From: an uncultured Acidobacteriaceae bacterium
GTDB taxonomy: Bacteria > Acidobacteriota > Terriglobia > Terriglobales > Acidobacteriaceae
Assembly: GCA_963769345.1 (NCBI GenBank)
Contig: CAVYLL010000004.1
Location: forward strand, 419,949 to 483,948
Direction of reading: 5' to 3'
Length of the DNA: 64,000 bases
The position numbers and the translations under genes were made by a program. Of this stretch, positions 1 to 14,710 are shown in pieces. Under the pieces are notes generated by a model, which saw only the letters and a list, made by a program, of their open reading frames with translations, made no database searches and had not been told where the DNA came from. Each line of letters opens with the position of its first letter. Positions within the stretch are counted from its first letter, which is position 1.

Positions 1-2
1 TG

Positions 3-1518
3 GCGCAAGAGCCGCAACACCTCTTCTTTCGCGTAACTGTAGGGCCGAAGTTCACCACGCCGGTATCAGGCAGGATGCTCATCTTTCTGACCGCCGGAAC
101 CGGAGCCAAGCAGGTCGATGAGAATCCCTTCGCGCCGACCGCCGTGTACGTGGCCGCAAAGGAAGTTTCCGATCTGACCGCCGGGAGGTCTGTTGATGTC
201 GATACCGACGACGTTGCATTCCCCGCAGGCTTCTCATCGCTGAAGCCGGGAGACTACCAGGCACAGGCCGTGCTCGACGTGGATCACACCTACAACTACA
301 GCGGGCGCAGCGCCGGCGATCTGGTCAGCGATGTCGTTCCGCTTGCATCCTTCACGCCGGGGCAGGGCGCCGAGCCGGCGTTTACTCTCAACGACGTTGT
401 TCCCGAGCGTCCTAACCGTGCAGATCCACCGGGATTCGAAAAGAATGCGCACCTCGAGGACTTCGTGAGTCCCGCGCTGACTGCATTTTCCGGCCGGCCC
501 ATTCATGTTCGCGCGTGGGTCATTACGCCGCCTGAATATGATCAGCATCCGAAGAACCGCTACCCCACCGTCTACTGGACGCATGGATTTGGAGGAGATC
601 TGGCAGGGGCGAAGCGCTTCGGGGGATTGCTGCTGGATCTAATGTCGAAGAACAAGTTGCCGCCGATGATCTGGGTCATGCTGGATGAATCGTGCCCAAC
701 CGGAACGCACGAATTCGACGACTCGGTGAATAACGGTCCCTGGGGAACGGCTCTCACCACGGAGTACATTCCCAATCTCGAGAAGAAGTACCGTATGGAT
801 GCGCGGCCAAGCGGCCGGTTTCTGCAGGGCCACTCGTCCGGCGGATGGGCAACCTTGCAGTTGCAGATCGATTACCCCGGCGTCTTCGGCGGAACGTGGT
901 CCACGTCGCCAGATCCAAGCGATTTTCACGATTTCACCGGTGTTGATCTTTACGCGCCGCGCGCCAATGTCTACAAGCGTCCCGATGGAACGCCCTATCC
1001 GCTGATTCGCGATCACGGGAAAGTGATTGGCACGTTTGAAGAATTCGCGAAGAACGAGCGCGTCCTTGGCCCTTATGGTGGGCAGATCGCCTCGTTCGAG
1101 TGGGTCTTCTCGCCGCGTGGGCAGGACGGCAGTCCGGTGCCCATGTTCGATCGCAATACCGGAGATGTTGATCCCGTCGTCATCGCCTACTGGCACGATC
1201 ACTATGATCTTGCGAACATTGTCCAGACAATCATGGGCGCAAAAAGGGCCCCGTCTTGCGCGGCAGGATTCACGTTTTGTGGGTACGGCCGACACCTTCT
1301 ATCTCGACGGAGCAGCGCACAAGATGGAAGCCGTGCTGAATGCGCTGAACGCCGATGCCCACTTCACCTACATACCCGATCGGACCCACTTCGATCTCTA
1401 CACAACGTATCCGTCAGGCGGAGACCCGAAAGGCGATCGTCTTGGGCTATTCACCCAGATCGGGGCCGAGATGTATGCCGTGGCGCGCCCGCACGCCAAC
1501 TGGAAGCCTGCACCGTAA
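3..1518 (+). CDS. Putative esterase / alpha-beta hydrolase, 5' truncated by the window edge, frameshifted near 1230-1280
   Basis: Frame is open from nt 3 (AQEPQHLFFRVTVG...). Nucleophile motif GHSSGG is present. The C-terminus (FVGTADTFYLDGAAHK...RTHFDLY) continues in the ORF 1027..1518 frame. Confidence 0.75.
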
Positions 1519-1526
1519 ATTAAATA

Positions 1527-1566
1527 CAGATTCGCCCGGGCATCCCCAGACACCCGGGCGAATCTG
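1527..1566. terminator. Hairpin between convergent genes, probable bidirectional terminator
   Basis: Perfect 14-bp inverted repeat CAGATTCGCCCGGG...CCCGGGCGAATCTG with a 12-nt loop. Confidence 0.7.
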
Positions 1567-1583
1567 GTTTCGTGCTCTAACGT

Positions 1584-2021
1584 CTAGTGGTGCCCATGTT
1601 CGTGGTCGCCGCCGTGCTCGTGCGCTGCGCCAAGGTTTGAGTGTCCGTGCCCATCGCGCTTCTCGTTGCCGTTGAAGTGCTCGACATGCTCTGGTTGATG
1701 ATGCGCGTCGAAGTGTTCGCCGCGCGCGGGATATTCGCCATGCCAGCCATCGTGGCGATCGTAATGGTTATCCACATGCCCCCAGAAATGAGAAGGGCCA
1801 TGGTACCAGGGTCCCGCACCGATAAAGATGCCGCCTGAGAACCATTCCGGCCCATAGTAGCCGTACGGCGCGCAATCGTATGGCGGATAGTCGAAATAGC
1901 CGTAGGGGCATTCGGGCGCCGACCCAATCTGCACCGCGATTTGTCCGTGTGCCTTTTGGGGCGAAGCCGCGAAACAGAGCGCAGCAACCGCCATTAGCAA
2001 TAAATATTTGAATTTACCCAC
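1584..2021 (-). CDS. Exported hypothetical protein with Tyr/Gly/Pro core and His-rich C-terminal tail
   Basis: GTG start with GGAGG Shine-Dalgarno; signal-peptide-like N-terminus; core CPYGYFDYPPYDCAPYGYYGPEWF; about 19 His in the C-terminal half. Confidence 0.8.
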   Translation of the reverse strand: MGKFKYLLLMAVAALCFAASPQKAHGQIAVQIGSAPECPYGYFDYPPYDCAPYGYYGPEWFSGGIFIGAGPWYHGPSHFWGHVDNHYDRHDGWHGEYPARGEHFDAHHQPEHVEHFNGNEKRDGHGHSNLGAAHEHGGDHEHGHH

Positions 2022-2412
2022 TTATCCTCCTCTTGTTCGGCGGGAATGTCGGCCCCGGTCGCATTGAAACCAGCAAGGGGCAACGCGATCGTCAGTTTCA
2101 CCAACGATCGCGCCGGCGCCCGCCATCTAGACAACTAGGGCTTTGATGAAAGAGGCGTAAGAAGGGTTTTTTAGAGATGTTGCGTTGTGTGCAGATGCAA
2201 CATCGCACGATCCCAATTGCACCCTGATTGGCCCCTGCCTCTTTCTGCACTCGAGGCAAGATGGAATATCCAGGTTGGCGCCCTGTTCGTTGGTTCGCGA
2301 TTCAGACTGGGTTTGTTTGAATGAATGCGCAATCCTGTGGATTCCGTTCTTCATCAAAATTAGCTTTGCGTAATGCGAAAAACATTTCATTATATGGTAA
2401 ACAGGGTCACCC

Positions 2413-2428
2413 TGTGTCACTCATCACA
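2413..2428. promoter_or_regulatory. CRP/FNR- or Rex-like operator upstream of nifJ
   Basis: TGTGT-cactca-TCACA, one mismatch to TGTGA-N6-TCACA, about 75 nt upstream of the nifJ ATG. Confidence 0.55.
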
Positions 2429-2501
2429 GCCCCTAACCTCCTCAAAGCAGAGACTCCTCATAGCGGTTTTTCTCCGCAGGCCGCGTCATGAGGCAAAGCG
2501 A

Positions 2502-6129
<3,628 letters not shown>

Positions 6130-6133
<4 letters not shown>

Positions 6134-7145
6134 TTGATGTATCCACCAAGTACCTGGGCCTGAAACTGAACGGACCCATCGTTGTGTCTTCCACGCCGCT
6201 TTCAGAGTCCATTGAGAACGTGCGTCGTATGGAAGACGCCGGCGCATCGGCAATCGTGCTGACATCGCTCTTCGAGGAGCAGCTTGCTCTCGAGTCGCGT
6301 GCGCTCGACGAAGATCTTTCGCGCGGCACGGAGTCCTTCGCCGAGTCGCTCGGTTATCTGCCCGACCTCAACGACTACCGGATGACCCACGAGGTCTATC
6401 TCGAGCACATCCGGCGCTGCAAGGAAGCGGTAAAAATCCCGATTCTTGCCAGCCTCAACGGCGCAACCACCGGCGGATGGGTGCGTTTCGCCAAGGAGTC
6501 GGAGCAGGCTGGCGCGGATGCCATCGAACTCAACACCTACGCGCTGGCCACCGATCGCAGCCAGACTTCGTACGAACTTGAGGCGCAGTTGCTCGAACTC
6601 GTCGAGAGCGTCTGCAAGGCGGTGAAGGTTCCCGTTGCGGTGAAGCTGTCGCAGTCATTCACGAGCTTGCCGCACATGGCGGCGAAACTCGAAGACGCGG
6701 GCGCTGCCGGGGTAGTTCTCTTCAACCGCTTCTATCAGCCCGACTTCGATATTGAAGCCTCGAGGTGCGGCCCACTCTGCATTTCTCCACGCCGTCCGAA
6801 TTGCTGCCCCGCCTGCACTGGGCCGCAATTCTCTACGGCCACCTCAACATCGACATCGCCATCACCGGCGGCGTGCACTCGGCTGAAGACGTCATCAAGA
6901 GCATCATGGCCGGCGGCAACGTTGCCATGATGTGCTCGGCGCTGCACATCCACGGCATCGAGCACATCGGTCGCGTCCTCTCTGACCTGCAGTACTGGCT
7001 GGAGAAGCGCGAATACTCATCGCTCTCCGAAACGCGCGGCTGTCTCAGCCGCCGCTCGGTGCCCGATGTATCGCCATTCGATCGCGGCAACTACATCAAG
7101 ACGCTCAGCTCGTACAGCCTGCGTCAGACCGTAGCAGCATTTTAG
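6130..7145 (+). CDS. Dihydroorotate-dehydrogenase-like FMN protein coupled to nifJ; frameshift ~6760
   Basis: ATGA overlap with the nifJ stop. MIDVSTKYLGLKLNGPIVVSS...VLFNRFYQPDFDIE...GGVHSAEDVIK. The DHOD catalytic SCPN loop is replaced by ELNTYAL. Confidence 0.85.
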
Positions 7146-7200
7146 GCGCTGCTGCTCGAATTGAATGGAACGCCTTGCGCAAGGCTGACATTGAGAGGTT

Positions 7201-7267
7201 TTTGAAAGGGCACGACTTTAGTCGTGCCGCCAACGCAAAAAATGCGCCGGGGGCTTTATAGCCCCTG
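7201..7267 (+). repeat. Two-hairpin REP-like element, family 1, copy A
   Basis: TTTGAAAGGGCACGACTTTAGTCGTGCCG, a spacer of about 19 nt, then GGGGCTTTATAGCCCCTG. Near-identical to copies at 23593, 54129 and 56165. Confidence 0.9.
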
Positions 7268-7545
7268 CGAGCCTGCATATCAATTCGAGAAGTCTTTTCC
7301 TGGGGCCAACGGCGACCGCACATTACATGCAGCCGCCGTGTGGTGCTTTGCGACCAATTCGATCCGTCAAGCCTCATACTCTCCAAATTTTCCCAACTCA
7401 CTCATTTCATAGCGAAAATTCTCTGCCGGACTTTGCAGGTGATTTGCTTCTGAACGCGCACAATAGATTCAAAGCGAGGACCGTTCCCGAGATCGGAATT
7501 CGCGCTTGCAGTGCAATCGTAAGCTTCAGCTTCATCGCCTCGACG

Positions 7546-7611
7546 CTAACTCCTTTGCAGAGAGGATTTTGCCGCTAAGTCCAATTTCAAGAGGATTTTG
7601 CAGCTAAGGCC
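7546..7611. repeat. 29-bp tandem repeat, about 2.3 copies, intergenic
   Basis: CTAACTCCTTTGCAGAGAGGATTTTGCCG / CTAAGTCCAATTTCAAGAGGATTTTGCAG / CTAAGGCC. Confidence 0.7.
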
Positions 7612-7783
7612 GTGTCGTAACCCTATATGGCAGAGTAATTTATGCCCGGAAGCCTACCAAAAATTCTCTCATTCGGTCGCACAATGGCCGTCGCTCGTGA
7701 GGTGAACAAAAAGTCAGCAGCGAATCAAGGGCAAACAGAAATCGACCGCTTATCATTCGTGTGAAACTCTCACGAGGACGCAA

Positions 7784-9197
7784 ATGGTCCTGAAACCTGT
7801 TGCCGCAATCTTTGCCGCAGTCATCTCGATCGCTGCGCTTTGTTCCGCGCAGGCACCCGTAAAGTACGAACCCACAATCGAATCGCTCGACCAGCATCCG
7901 CTGCCGCAGTGGTATGCCGGCGCAAAGCTCGGCATCTTCATCCACTGGGGTCTCTACTCGGTGCCCGGATGGGCGCCGCTCACCCACCCTGATCACGACT
8001 TTTCGTCGAACGACTACATCAAGTACGACCCCTACGCCGAGTGGTACCTCAACACGATGCGCATTCCCGGCTCGCCCACGCAGGACTACCACAAGCAGCA
8101 CTACGGCGAACCAGGGCTACTACGAATTCGCACCCGTCTTCAATCGCGAATCGAAAAAGTGGAATCCCGACAAGATGGCCGCAGATCTTCCGCGACGCCG
8201 GCGCGCGCTACGTGGTCCTCACCAGCAAGCACCACGAAGGCTTCACGCTCTGGCCCAGCACACGCCCAATCCGAGCCCTCGCCTCAAGCCGAACCAGCTG
8301 CACGCCGAGCGCGACATCGTCGGCGAACTGACCGACCGCGGTTCAGAAGCAGGGAATGAAGATGGGCCTCTACTACTCCGGCGGATACGACTGGACCTTC
8401 AACACCGGCCCCATCCAGGTCAACAGCGACTACGACTCCGTAAAGCCGCAGAGCGATGCCTACGGCAAGTACGCCTTCGCCCAGATTCACGAGCTCATCG
8501 ACCGCTACCATCCCGCGATTCTGTGGAACGATATCGACTGGCCCAAAACCGGCAACGCGCTCCAGGTCGAAGCCGACTACTACAACGCCATTCCCGACGG
8601 CGTCATCGACGACCGCTTCGGCATCAAGCACTCCGACTTCACTTCGCCCGAGTACGAGAAGAAGGATCAGATCAGCGAGAAGAAGTGGGAGGAGTGCCGC
8701 GGCCTCGGCCGCTCCTTTGGCTACAACCGCGCCGAAGGCGAGAAGGAAACCATCGCCCCCGGCGAGCTGATCGCGCTGCTCGTCGACATCGTGAGCAAGA
8801 ACGGCAATCTCCTGCTCGACGTAGGCCCCGAAGCCGACGGCACCATCCCGCCCGTGCAGATGGACCGGCTGCAAGCTCTCGGCGCATGGCTCAAGCAGAA
8901 CGGCGAAGCCATCTACGACACAACGCCATGGACAAAAGCGGTCAGGGAAGTCAGCAGAGGGCGACGATCTTCGCTTCACGCGCAAAGGCGACGATCTCTA
9001 CGTGACCATCCTCGGGAAGCCAAAATCAAATAAGCTCGCCTTCGACATGGGTACACATTCATTCACGTCGATGACGATGCTCGGCGATTCGAAGTTACTA
9101 GGATACGAGCAGTTTGGATCGCACGTGGGGATCATGCTGCCGGAGCTCTACCGGGAGAATACGCATACTCATCAAGCTTGCCGGATATGCGCGTTGA
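7784..9197 (+). CDS. Alpha-L-fucosidase (GH29) with signal peptide; at least 5 frameshifts
   Basis: [85 protein letters not shown]. End coordinate is approximate. Confidence 0.9.
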
Positions 9198-9203
9198 CTC
9201 GAA

Positions 9204-9671
9204 TCAGCTGAGGAGCTGACCCACAGTCAGTTCGAGAAGATCCTCCGCGTCGGGAAGCGCATCGCGGACGGCATGGCTGAGGCCTTCACCCAGCTCGATG
9301 CTCCCGGCGCCGACCGTGAGCAGACAAGCTCTGCGAGGCTGCGTTCCATACAGCTCCTGCGCCACGCTGAGCAGTTCTGCGGCGCCGAGGTGATGCGTAA
9401 CCAGGCCTGGCTTCAGGGAGGCAGAGCTGAGCTCACGCAACTGAATCTGCCCTGGCGCCTGATCCAGCGAACAGTCCACAAAGATTACCGTTTCGGCTGC
9501 GGCGATTTCTTCCGCCATATCCGGCGTCCACTGGTGATCGCAGAGTACGCGCACTCGCGCATCACCGCGCCATCTCTCTTCGGCCCACTGCGCAAGAAAC
9601 GGCCCGACGCCATCATCCTCGCGCAACGTGTTCCCGCAAGCAAGAATCAGACATCGGGCCGTAAAAGTCAT
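9204..9671 (-). CDS. hoxW: Hydrogenase maturation endopeptidase (HoxW-type)
   Basis: LILACGNTLREDDGVG, VIFVDC, HHLG motifs; lies directly downstream of hoxH. Confidence 0.85.
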   Translation of the reverse strand: MTFTARCLILACGNTLREDDGVGPFLAQWAEERWRGDARVRVLCDHQWTPDMAEEIAAAETVIFVDCSLDQAPGQIQLRELSSASLKPGLVTHHLGAAELLSVAQELYGTQPRRACLLTVGAGSIELGEGLSHAVRDALPDAEDLLELTVGQLLS

Positions 9672-9684
9672 GCTGTCATCGTAC

Positions 9685-11106
9685 TCAGCGAATGACTCGA
9701 TCGACAACTTCACCGTCTGCCGACAGAAGTGTCATCGCCAACGGCATCTGCCCAAAGGCATGAGTGGAGCAACTCAGGCACGGGTCAAAAGTGCGGATGA
9801 CAGCTTCGACGCGGTTTAAAGCGCCTTCTGTGAACTTTCCGTCCTTCACGTAGCACTTCGCCGCCTGAAGAACGCCCTTGTTCATTGCATTGTTGTTGTG
9901 TCCGGTGGCGACAACGAGGTTAGCCCAGGTGATAAGTCCGTTCTCATCGACCTTGTAGTGATGGTTGAGCGTACCGCGCGGCGCCTCGATTTGTCCTGCG
10001 CCTTCCAGACGATTGACGCCTGCAGTTGCGCGCACGTGCTTGTCAAGAATCTGCGGATCGGCAAGAATATGCTCGATCTTCTCGATGCCGTAAAGCGCCT
10101 CAACCAGCCGCGCATGGTGATAGAAGAACGAGCTCTCCACCGGTCCGGTGGCCAGTTGCTTGAACTCGGCCAGTTCGAGATCGGCCTTCGGCGTGCCCAT
10201 CGACTTCACGATGTTCAGTCGCGCCAGCGGTCCCACGCGATAGCTGCCTTCTGGATAGCCAAGCGGCTTGTAGTAGACAAACTTGGTGTAGCTGTAATTC
10301 TCCACAGCTTCGCCGATCACCTCCGTAAAGCGCTGTGCCGTGATGCCGTCCTCAATGGTGTCGCCTTTCGGACCGATGAGCCGAAGTGCGCCATCGGTGA
10401 ACTCGATGGTCTCGTCGTCATTGATGAGTCCGAGATAGCTCGACGGGAAGTTGGCGAAGACTGAGATCTCCTGCTGGAAGCGATCTGCGATCTGCTTGTA
10501 AGCTGCCAGCGCCAGGCTGACATTCGCGTAGGCTTCGGGCAGCATGGCAAGCATCTCGTCGCGCTTGGCTGCGGTCAACGGCTCGGTTACGCCGCCGGGT
10601 ATGACCCATCCGGTATGAATGCGCTTCGTGCCCAGCAGTTCGATGATGTGCTGGCCAAAACGGCGCAGTCCTATTCCAGCTCTGCCGAGTTCGGGCCTTG
10701 CAGCCGCGACACCGAAGATGTGCCGCTGCGCCGGGTCCGACTCCATGCCGAGCAGCAGATCGGGCGACGAAAGATGGAAGAAGCTCAGCGCGTGCGATTG
10801 CACCATCTGCGCAAGGTTCAGCATGCGGCGCAGTTGCGCGGCCGTATGCGGAATGCGCACCGACATGATGGCTTCGCAGGCTTTCGCAGACGCCAGCAAA
10901 TGCGAAACTGGGCAGATACCGCAGATGCGCGCCGTCAGGGCTGGCATCTCGTAGAACGGTCGGCCTTGTGAGAACTTCTCGAAACCGCGCACTTGGGTGA
11001 CATGAAACTGCGCGTTTTCCACTTCGCCCTGCGCGTTCAGATAGATCGTGATCTTGCCGTGTCCTTCCAGGCGGGTTACAGGATCGATGGTGATGGTCTG
11101 CGTCAT
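9685..11106 (-). CDS. hoxH: [NiFe]-hydrogenase large subunit, group 3d bidirectional
   Basis: PVTRLEGHG, L1 ARICGICPVSH, L2 FDPCLSCSTH followed by a cleavable C-terminal extension. Confidence 0.95.
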   Translation of the reverse strand: MTQTITIDPVTRLEGHGKITIYLNAQGEVENAQFHVTQVRGFEKFSQGRPFYEMPALTARICGICPVSHLLASAKACEAIMSVRIPHTAAQLRRMLNLAQMVQSHALSFFHLSSPDLLLGMESDPAQRHIFGVAAARPELGRAGIGLRRFGQHIIELLGTKRIHTGWVIPGGVTEPLTAAKRDEMLAMLPEAYANVSLALAAYKQIADRFQQEISVFANFPSSYLGLINDDETIEFTDGALRLIGPKGDTIEDGITAQRFTEVIGEAVENYSYTKFVYYKPLGYPEGSYRVGPLARLNIVKSMGTPKADLELAEFKQLATGPVESSFFYHHARLVEALYGIEKIEHILADPQILDKHVRATAGVNRLEGAGQIEAPRGTLNHHYKVDENGLITWANLVVATGHNNNAMNKGVLQAAKCYVKDGKFTEGALNRVEAVIRTFDPCLSCSTHAFGQMPLAMTLLSADGEVVDRVIR

Positions 11107-11126
11107 AACTCGAACTCCTTAGGGGA

Positions 11127-11660
11127 TCAGGCTCCAAAGCGGGTGAGGGCCGGAATATCCAGCGGCTCGCCGGTGATGAGCGCCGTCAGCGCTGTGTGAA
11201 ATGTGTCGGCGGAAGGCGGGCAGCCGGGCAGGAATACGTCCACCTTCACAAATTCATGGATGGGGCGCACGATCTTGAGCAGCTTGGGCACCACGACGCA
11301 GGGAATCTGCTTCTGTATGGTCGCGTTTTCGAAGTAGGCGCGATCGAGAATCGCTTCCGGCCCAATAGGATTGCGCATCGAAGGTACATTGCCCGTGATG
11401 GCGCAGTCTCCCATCGCGATCAGCATCTTCGAGTGCGCGCGGATCTTCTTGATCTTCTTCTCGTCGTCGACCGACGCCACCGCTCCCTCGACCAGCGCGA
11501 TGTCCACGTTGTCTGGGAACTCCTTGGTGTCCACGATCGGGCTGTAGACCACGTCGACGAGCGCAGCCAATTCGAGGAGCCTTTCATCCATGTCGAGGAA
11601 CGACATGTGGCAGCCGGAGCAGCCGTCCAGCCATGCTGTTGCCAATCTCAGTTTGTTCAT
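11127..11660 (-). CDS. hoxY: [NiFe]-hydrogenase small subunit
   Basis: [41 protein letters not shown]. Confidence 0.95.
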   Translation of the reverse strand: MNKLRLATAWLDGCSGCHMSFLDMDERLLELAALVDVVYSPIVDTKEFPDNVDIALVEGAVASVDDEKKIKKIRAHSKMLIAMGDCAITGNVPSMRNPIGPEAILDRAYFENATIQKQIPCVVVPKLLKIVRPIHEFVKVDVFLPGCPPSADTFHTALTALITGEPLDIPALTRFGA

Positions 11661-12370
11661 TGCGCTTCCCTCATCTGGTTCAGGTAAGGCAGAAAATCCG
11701 GATACTTGGGGTGATCGGAGCCGATTTTGCTCTTGTCGAACAGCGCTCCGGTGGGGCACACCTGCACGCATTTGCCGCAGCGTGTGCAACTCGATTTTCC
11801 CCAGTCCTCGTGCAGGTCGGTGATGACTGAAGAGTTGATGCCGCGGCCCATCACGTCCCATACATGCGCGCCTTCAATTTCGGCGCACACTCGAACGCAG
11901 CGCGTGCACAGAATGCAGCGATTGTGGTCGACAGTGAAGCGCTCGTGCGATGCATCAACTGTGAGTTCCGGGTTGCGATAGGGAAGGCGTACGTGCGTCA
12001 AGCCTTGCTTCTGCGCCATCGATTGCAACTCGCAGTGGCCGTTCGACACGCAAACTGAGCAGATGTGATTGCGTTCGGCAAAGAGCAACTCAAGGATGGT
12101 GCGCCGATGCTTCTTGAGCCGCTCGGTCGCAGTGTTGACTTCCATGCCTTCTTCGACAGTTGCGACGCAGGCCGGCAGCAGCTTGTTGTTGCCCTTGATC
12201 TCGACCAGGCAAAGCCGGCATGCGCCAACATCGCCCAGCCCGTCAAGATGGCACAGGGTGGGGATGTCGATGTTGTTTTCCCGGGCTACTTCAAGGATCG
12301 TCTGCCCCGCGCGCCCGCTTACATCCTTGCCATCGATTACCAGAGTTTTTACGTCAACGGCGGCGCTCAT
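11657..12370 (-). CDS. hoxU: Diaphorase Fe-S subunit
   Basis: [63 protein letters not shown]. Confidence 0.95.
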   Translation of the reverse strand: MSAAVDVKTLVIDGKDVSGRAGQTILEVARENNIDIPTLCHLDGLGDVGACRLCLVEIKGNNKLLPACVATVEEGMEVNTATERLKKHRRTILELLFAERNHICSVCVSNGHCELQSMAQKQGLTHVRLPYRNPELTVDASHERFTVDHNRCILCTRCVRVCAEIEGAHVWDVMGRGINSSVITDLHEDWGKSSCTRCGKCVQVCPTGALFDKSKIGSDHPKYPDFLPYLNQMREAQ

Positions 12371-14030
12371 GCCAACACCTCCACAGGAGCTTCTTCGGCT
12401 ACGGTTGCTCCGGCAATGTTGCAGACGCCGGCGGGGCAGCGCTTGTGCACAATGTGCTCCATATATTCATTTTTGAAGTAGCGCAGGGTGCTGAGAACGG
12501 GATTCGGCGCGGTCATGCCGAGACCGCAGAGGCTGGTCTCCTTGATCGTGCCGCAAAGTTCCACCAGAAGATCAAGGTCTTCCATCGTGCCCGTGCCGTC
12601 GCAGATGCGCGACAGCAGGGTAAACATCTGCGCCGTGCCTGCGCGGCAGGGAATGCACTTGCCGCACGATTCGGTCATGCAGAACTCGACGAAGAAGCGT
12701 GCCACGTTGACCATGCACGAGGTATCGTCCATCACGATCATGCCGCCGGAACCCATCATGGATCCGACCTGAATCAGCGATTCGTAGCTGACCTGCAGAT
12801 CAAGATGTTCGTCCGGAATGCAGCCGCCGGAGGGTCCGCCGGTCTGCACTGCCTTGAACTTGTGCCCGTCCGGTACGCCTCCGCCGATGCCTTCGATAAT
12901 CTGCCGAAGGCTCATGCCCATCGGCACTTCAACGAGGCCGGTGTTGGTGATCTTGCCGGTCAGGGCAAAGACCTTGGTTCCTTTGCTCTTTTCCGTGCCG
13001 ATCTGGGCAAACCACTTGCCGCCCTTGCGGATGATCGGCGCGATGTTGGCAAACGTCTCAACATTGTTGATGAGTGTCGGCTTGCCCCACAGTCCGCTTA
13101 CCGCTGGATACGGGGGCCGCGGCTTCGGCGTGCCTCGCTTGCCTTCAATCGATGCAATCAGCGCGGTCTCTTCGCCGCAGACAAAAGCGCCGGCGCCAAG
13201 GCGGATCTCTACGTCGAAGTTGAAGGAAGTGTTGCAGATGTTGTTGCCCAGCAGTCCACGCCGGCGCGCATCGCGCAAGCAATTCTGCAGTCGCGCTACA
13301 GCCAGTGGATACTCTGCGCGCACGTAAACATATCCCTTGCTGGCGCCCACGGCGTATGCTGCAATCGCCATGCCTTCGAGCACGCGTTGCGGATCGCTTT
13401 CGAGAACGCTGCGATCCATGAAGGCTCCAGGGTCTCCCTCGTCGCCGTTGCAGATCACATACTTCATGTCGCCAACGGCCTTGGCCACCGTGCCCCACTT
13501 CAAGCCGGTCGGATAACCGCCGCCGCCGCGCCCGCGCAACCCGCTTTCGGTGAGTCTGCTGGATCACGTCGTTCGGGGTCATCTCGGTGAGTGCCTTCAC
13601 CAGCGCCTGGTAACCATCGCGCGCGATGTAGTCGTCGATCTTTTCGGGATCGATGTGGCCGGAGTTTTCCAGCACCACGTGTACCTGCTGGTCAAAGTGC
13701 TCGCGAAGATCGCATTGCAGTTCTGCTACCGGTTGGCCGCCAAGGCTGCCAACTACGGCTTCAGCATTGTCGGCCTTGACATGCTGGTAGAGCGTCTCTT
13801 CGGGGTCAACGAGAACCAGCGGACCGGCAGCGCAGAGGCCCATGCAACCGGTGCGACGTACCAGGGCTCGCTTTCCGGAGGCTGAAACCGCATTGGTCAG
13901 CGCATCCTTCAGCTTGTCGGAGTGCTGGCTCAGGCAGCCTGTGCCCATGCACACATTGATTTCGTGGTCGAACTTCGCATTTTCCGCGCGAACGGATTCG
14001 ACCGATCTGATCAAGCTCTTCGAGTGTCAT
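12367..14030 (-). CDS. hoxF: Diaphorase flavin/NAD(H) subunit; frameshifts ~14000 and ~13555
   Basis: N-terminal thioredoxin-like 2Fe-2S domain (VCMGTGC...GCMGLC), [56 protein letters not shown]. Confidence 0.95.
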
Positions 14031-14524
14031 TCGACCGCCCACCTTTCCAGTTGTTCGAGCATGTTGTCGCCGCTCATCTGGCCTTGCAATTCGCCGTCGG
14101 TAAGCACCACCGGTGCGCGTCCGCAGGCGCCGACGCAACGCGCAGTCATCAGGCTGATCTTGCCGTCTTTCGTTGTCTGGCCTTGCGGAATGCCCAGGCG
14201 TTTTTCAGCGGCGGCCACCAGCTTGTCTGTGCCCTTGATGTAGCAGGCTGTTCCCGTGCAGATCGTCATGGTGTGTTTGCCGGGCGGCTTCAGGCTGAAG
14301 TAGTGGTAAAAAGTGACCACTCCGTAGGCCTGGCTCAGCGGCACGCGCAGCGACTTTGCGACGAAGGTGATGGCATCGTCGTCGAGATATCCGAATGCGG
14401 ATTGCACAGTGTGGAGTGTTTCGATCAGCGCGTGGCGGGCAAACCCATTCTTGCGCATGGTGCCGTTCACGATTTTCCAGCGTTTGTCGTCGCTTGGCAG
14501 CGGCGGTGGTGTGAATGCGGGCAC
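14027..14524 (-). CDS. hoxE: 2Fe-2S subunit (NuoE-like)
   Basis: ALIETLHTVQ, VVTFYHYFSL, ICTGTACYIKG, ARCVGACGRAP; first gene of the hox operon. Confidence 0.95.
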   Translation of the reverse strand: MPAFTPPPLPSDDKRWKIVNGTMRKNGFARHALIETLHTVQSAFGYLDDDAITFVAKSLRVPLSQAYGVVTFYHYFSLKPPGKHTMTICTGTACYIKGTDKLVAAAEKRLGIPQGQTTKDGKISLMTARCVGACGRAPVVLTDGELQGQMSGDNMLEQLERWAVE

Positions 14525-14615
14525 AAATCCCTCCAGACATTGATGGCGAAGCAGTTACCCTTACGCTCCGCTCTCTGTCTGGTCTTGTTTTACTCCCGCT
14601 AAGTATACGACCCAC

Positions 14616-14631
14616 CGTGACCGCGGTCACG
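14616..14631. promoter_or_regulatory. Perfect palindromic GTGA-N6-TCAC operator upstream of hoxE
   Basis: CGTGACCGCGGTCACG; a TATACT -10 hexamer lies on the minus strand at 14607-14602. Confidence 0.65.
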
Positions 14632-14710
14632 CGGGTCTGAGGCTGTTCCACAGGCCGAAACTTACCGGCGGGAAGCAGTTCCGAATCAGGAATTTGAAAG
14701 GAATTCGCGA

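Noticed and set aside
2176-2204. Inverted repeat GATGTTGC-N13-GCAACATC
   Set aside because: It occurs once in the window and matches no motif I can name.
7760-7774. TGTGA-aactc-TCACG upstream of the fucosidase as a fifth operator
   Set aside because: The spacer is 5 bp rather than 6, and the site abuts the ribosome-binding region.
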